Source: a virus
Taxonomy: Duplodnaviria; Caudoviricetes
Reading direction: 5' to 3' (one strand)
IMG/VR virus record: IMGVR_UViG_3300036985_000288
Location: 1-28,452 of that record
Length of the DNA: 28,452 nt
The position numbers and the translations under genes were made by a program. The notes under the pieces are model-generated. The model made no database searches. It had not been told where the DNA came from and saw nothing but the letters and a program-made list of their open reading frames with translations. Below, piece by piece: positions 25,556 to 28,452 of the stretch (positions are counted from its first letter, which is position 1; each line of letters opens with the position of its first letter).

Positions 25556-27806
25556 TAAACAATTCGCGGATGTTTTTTCAAACGTCACATCGTATTATCA
25601 AGCAAATGCGGGTGACCGAATCGCGGTTGAATTAGATTTGACCGAATGTATCCGTGTTCAATCGGGCGGGGCGAACAATTTTTCCCTTGATCCAATCAAC
25701 AACATCATCATTTGGGCAACGGGAAATTTCCTTGATGAAGGATTCCGCGACAACGATGATGTTGAAATAAATGTGTACACAAATGGCGGTTCGATTATTT
25801 CGTCAACGGTTACCAATGTAACAAATGTCACCGCGAACCAATTGGATGTGAATTCGATTCCCGTTTGGTATGATTTCACCGCGGGGGAAATCCTTCGTGT
25901 GACGGTTACGGGACGCAAACGCGAGGGATTGATTGTCAATTTGAACCATGTGCAAAATGGCGCAACGGGTACGAAATTTTCATTGATTGATGGCGAGGTC
26001 ACAACATTCACATTTGATATTTCGGGAACGACAACGGGTGACACCATCACGGGAACGCAAGTTGGAAACCGTTCGGGGCAATTTGATTGCATCGTTGATA
26101 TTACGGACAACACCATTTATCCAAATGATGTGCGCAATTATCAATTATCAATGTTGGTGATCCAGGCGGGACAATACAACGAATCATCATTCGATACATC
26201 GGGCGCATTGAAATTGTTTGTTCAAACCAATTGGCAATCGTTATTGGGTGAACCATACAATCAATTAACATTCACATTTTCAGAGGATGCGAACACGGGG
26301 TGGTTCAACCAGGCATACAACATTGGAACACCCGCGGGAACAATTGTTCAACAAATTACATCATTGGATTATGCAATACCAACATCGGGACAATTCGTCA
26401 TTGATTGGTTGTCATCATCCGATTGGGGCATTGGTGGCGCGTATTATTCAACCGATGATGCGTATTATCGCAATCGACCATTTTCACAATCGCAATTGTC
26501 GATGGTATTGCCATCAACACCATTGGGATATGGTTCGGCATTTTCATCACAATTAAATGAGGATGGTGCGGCATGGACGATGAATGTGACGGGTGTCACA
26601 ACCGTTGGAACAATATCAACATTTGATTTTGTATTCACACCAAATGCGGCATTTAACACATTCATGGATGGACGTGTGATTGGTGACCGAACAATGTATA
26701 TTTGGGTAAAGATTGACAACATCAATTTATTGATTTATTCGGGGCAATTGACCAAATCACCGCCCGTTGCGGGTGAATTATTGGTGGCAAAATCAACATT
26801 TTTCGACCATGGTCAAAATTACGATTACATCACTGATTCAACAACGGGATTTATTGGTGATATCGAGGATGATATTGAATTCGGTGGGGTGTTTTTGCTT
26901 GAAAAGGGTGTGATTTATGATTCATTTACGGGGCGAATCGAAGCATTTAACAATGTAACGGGTGAAAAATTCACTTTGCATCAAGCATTTTATGATTTGT
27001 CATCCATTCCATTCAACGGAACAAACCAAATTATTTATCAGCAACAACCTATTTTGACGCAATTACCAACGACATCGGACAAAAGGGATTCAAGGTTGGA
27101 ATTGTCACCTTCGGATGACACAATAACGCATTACGGGGTATTGTTTACATTGCCGTTTTTGTATCGATGGGAATATTGGTTAGCACAAATCAACGCGGAT
27201 GCCGATTTTTATCCTTTTGACCAAACGCGAAATTGGTTTCCGTATGCGAACACAACCAATTGGAAAATTCGATTGCATTGCGAAGCGGTGACGGGCGGAT
27301 TGGCATACGTTTTTGACAACGATTTGACATTGAAAAATTACGCGTCCAATGCTGATATTGACCAAACAATGGAATTGATTATCAATTCAACAAATGATGT
27401 TGTTGGTGTCGTTGTGGAAAATGAATTGATGCGTGTTATTGCATATCATGAATTGACAAATGGCGAAATATGGGATGCAACGAACATATGGGGAATGATT
27501 ACCATCGAACCATATGAAAATGCGCCGCGAAATATCATATCATCGGCAATCGGATATGATGGAAATCCGAACAATCCATTGACACCATTAACGGGGGGAA
27601 TTGGTTCGGTCACACCAATCACATATCCATCACCAGAAATTGCGCGAATGGAATGCTATTTCAATCCCAATTTGGTCAATCTAACAAATGGGGTTAAATT
27701 TACGATAAAAATAAAGGGTTGCACGACATCAAAAGATTTGTTAAAAATCACAACAAGGAATGACGAAAAAATCACGACCGATAATCAATTTAAAATTATA
27801 GCATAA
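25536..27806 (+). CDS. Large beta-rich minor tail protein
   Basis: ~756 aa from ATG 25536; rich in Thr/Asn/Gly/aromatic residues; tail module. Confidence 0.65.
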   Translation: MPIQISNKQFADVFSNVTSYYQANAGDRIAVELDLTECIRVQSGGANNFSLDPINNIIIWATGNFLDEGFRDNDDVEINVYTNGGSIISSTVTNVTNVTANQLDVNSIPVWYDFTAGEILRVTVTGRKREGLIVNLNHVQNGATGTKFSLIDGEVTTFTFDISGTTTGDTITGTQVGNRSGQFDCIVDITDNTIYPNDVRNYQLSMLVIQAGQYNESSFDTSGALKLFVQTNWQSLLGEPYNQLTFTFSEDANTGWFNQAYNIGTPAGTIVQQITSLDYAIPTSGQFVIDWLSSSDWGIGGAYYSTDDAYYRNRPFSQSQLSMVLPSTPLGYGSAFSSQLNEDGAAWTMNVTGVTTVGTISTFDFVFTPNAAFNTFMDGRVIGDRTMYIWVKIDNINLLIYSGQLTKSPPVAGELLVAKSTFFDHGQNYDYITDSTTGFIGDIEDDIEFGGVFLLEKGVIYDSFTGRIEAFNNVTGEKFTLHQAFYDLSSIPFNGTNQIIYQQQPILTQLPTTSDKRDSRLELSPSDDTITHYGVLFTLPFLYRWEYWLAQINADADFYPFDQTRNWFPYANTTNWKIRLHCEAVTGGLAYVFDNDLTLKNYASNADIDQTMELIINSTNDVVGVVVENELMRVIAYHELTNGEIWDATNIWGMITIEPYENAPRNIISSAIGYDGNPNNPLTPLTGGIGSVTPITYPSPEIARMECYFNPNLVNLTNGVKFTIKIKGCTTSKDLLKITTRNDEKITTDNQFKIIA

Positions 27807-28417
27807 TGGGAATCAAAATAAATGAATACACAAACGAAATATTTGCCATCAATGATTTGGATTATTTTGATTCGGATGCATGGGATGGTGTAGGTTTTAA
27901 GTCAAGCAAATTAAGCGGGGCAAATTTAAAAACGCAAGTTGAAGCATGGGCGGGAAAAAAATTCGGTTCGTTTTTGGATAATAACACCCAAACATGCGCA
28001 TCTGGAACAATTACGGCAATGCAAACAACAACATCGGATTCATTTAATAACGGCGTTATGGTTGGTCTTGACGGATTATCGAACTATACTTTGTATAGTG
28101 TAACCGATCCAGGTGTTTATAATGTGCAATTTTCGGCGCAATTAAGCCGCGTGACGGGCGGATCGGCACAAACCATTTCAATATGGTTGCGAAAAAATGG
28201 AACGGATGTCCCAAACACGGCAACACATGTGAGTTTACAAGCAAACGCGGGTAAATTGGTCGCGGCATGGAATTTTTTCATTGACATGATAACAACGGAT
28301 TCCATTCAAATCATGTGGTCACAAAATGGGGCAATCAATTTATTGGCTGAAACACCCGATTTGGCATTGCCGCATCCCGCGATTCCTTCCGTAATTGTCA
28401 CCATCAATCAATTGTAA
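27806..28417 (+). CDS. Putative tail fibre / receptor-binding protein with C1q/TNF-like jelly-roll C-terminal domain
   Basis: PGVYNVQFSAQL..ISIWLRKNG..AAWNFFI..DSIQIMW beta-strand pattern. Confidence 0.6.
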   Translation: MGIKINEYTNEIFAINDLDYFDSDAWDGVGFKSSKLSGANLKTQVEAWAGKKFGSFLDNNTQTCASGTITAMQTTTSDSFNNGVMVGLDGLSNYTLYSVTDPGVYNVQFSAQLSRVTGGSAQTISIWLRKNGTDVPNTATHVSLQANAGKLVAAWNFFIDMITTDSIQIMWSQNGAINLLAETPDLALPHPAIPSVIVTINQL

Positions 28418-28452
28418 AAATGTGTAATTGCATACAAATCACATATCAATTC
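28326..28452. repeat. 127-bp terminal direct repeat (copy 2)
   Basis: Identical to 1-127. Confidence 0.95.

Noticed and set aside
83-28305. Numerous minus-strand ORFs in the track (60-152 aa)
   Set aside because: All overlap well-supported + strand genes and show no recognisable motifs. Scarcity of CTA on the + strand removes TAG stops from the reverse frames.
25536-28417. Diversity-generating retroelement or invertible tail-fibre cassette
   Set aside because: No reverse transcriptase or invertase was recognised, and I saw no template/variable repeat pair. The only long duplication is the assembly overlap.
1-28452. Stop-codon reassignment suggested by the rarity of TAG
   Set aside because: Genes are intact and tightly packed under the standard code, and TAG ends the 2459-3031 gene. 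The rarity follows from general AG depletion.

Overview
The window is an apparently complete, circular ~28.3 kb (28,325 bp unique) genome of a small tailed dsDNA phage. Positions 1-127 are identical to 28326-28452, most likely an assembly overlap. The head is HK97-like and the long tape measure suggests a siphovirus. All credible genes are on the + strand. Gene order: tail-tip genes and lysis cassette (holin, possible spanin, YkuD-like endolysin candidate); small early genes; DnaA-domain-IV-like HTH; replication initiator with internal iterons; SF4 helicase; NinG; ERF, YqaJ exonuclease, DUF3127 SSB-like protein and HTH; terminases, portal, prohead protease, capsid, neck/tail and tape measure. 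TAnnTTTG promoter boxes, A-rich leaders without Shine-Dalgarno sequences and DUF3127 point to a Bacteroidota host (inference). I recognised no integrase, polymerase, methyltransferase, tRNA or CRISPR array. The most unusual signals are non-coding: (1) a two-hairpin RNA with an 8-bp kissing loop and terminator directly before the replication initiator; (2) a candidate sRNA after the lysin that is antisense to early-gene start codons; (3) strong AG/CT dinucleotide depletion alongside at least 21 copies of the octamer GATCCAGG/CCTGGATC (overlapping GATC + CCWGG); (4) a small pseudoknot at a nut-like position; (5) an identical 19-bp junction after two proteins that both end in SSB-like acidic PF tails. 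All product calls come from motif recognition by eye; no database searches were run.
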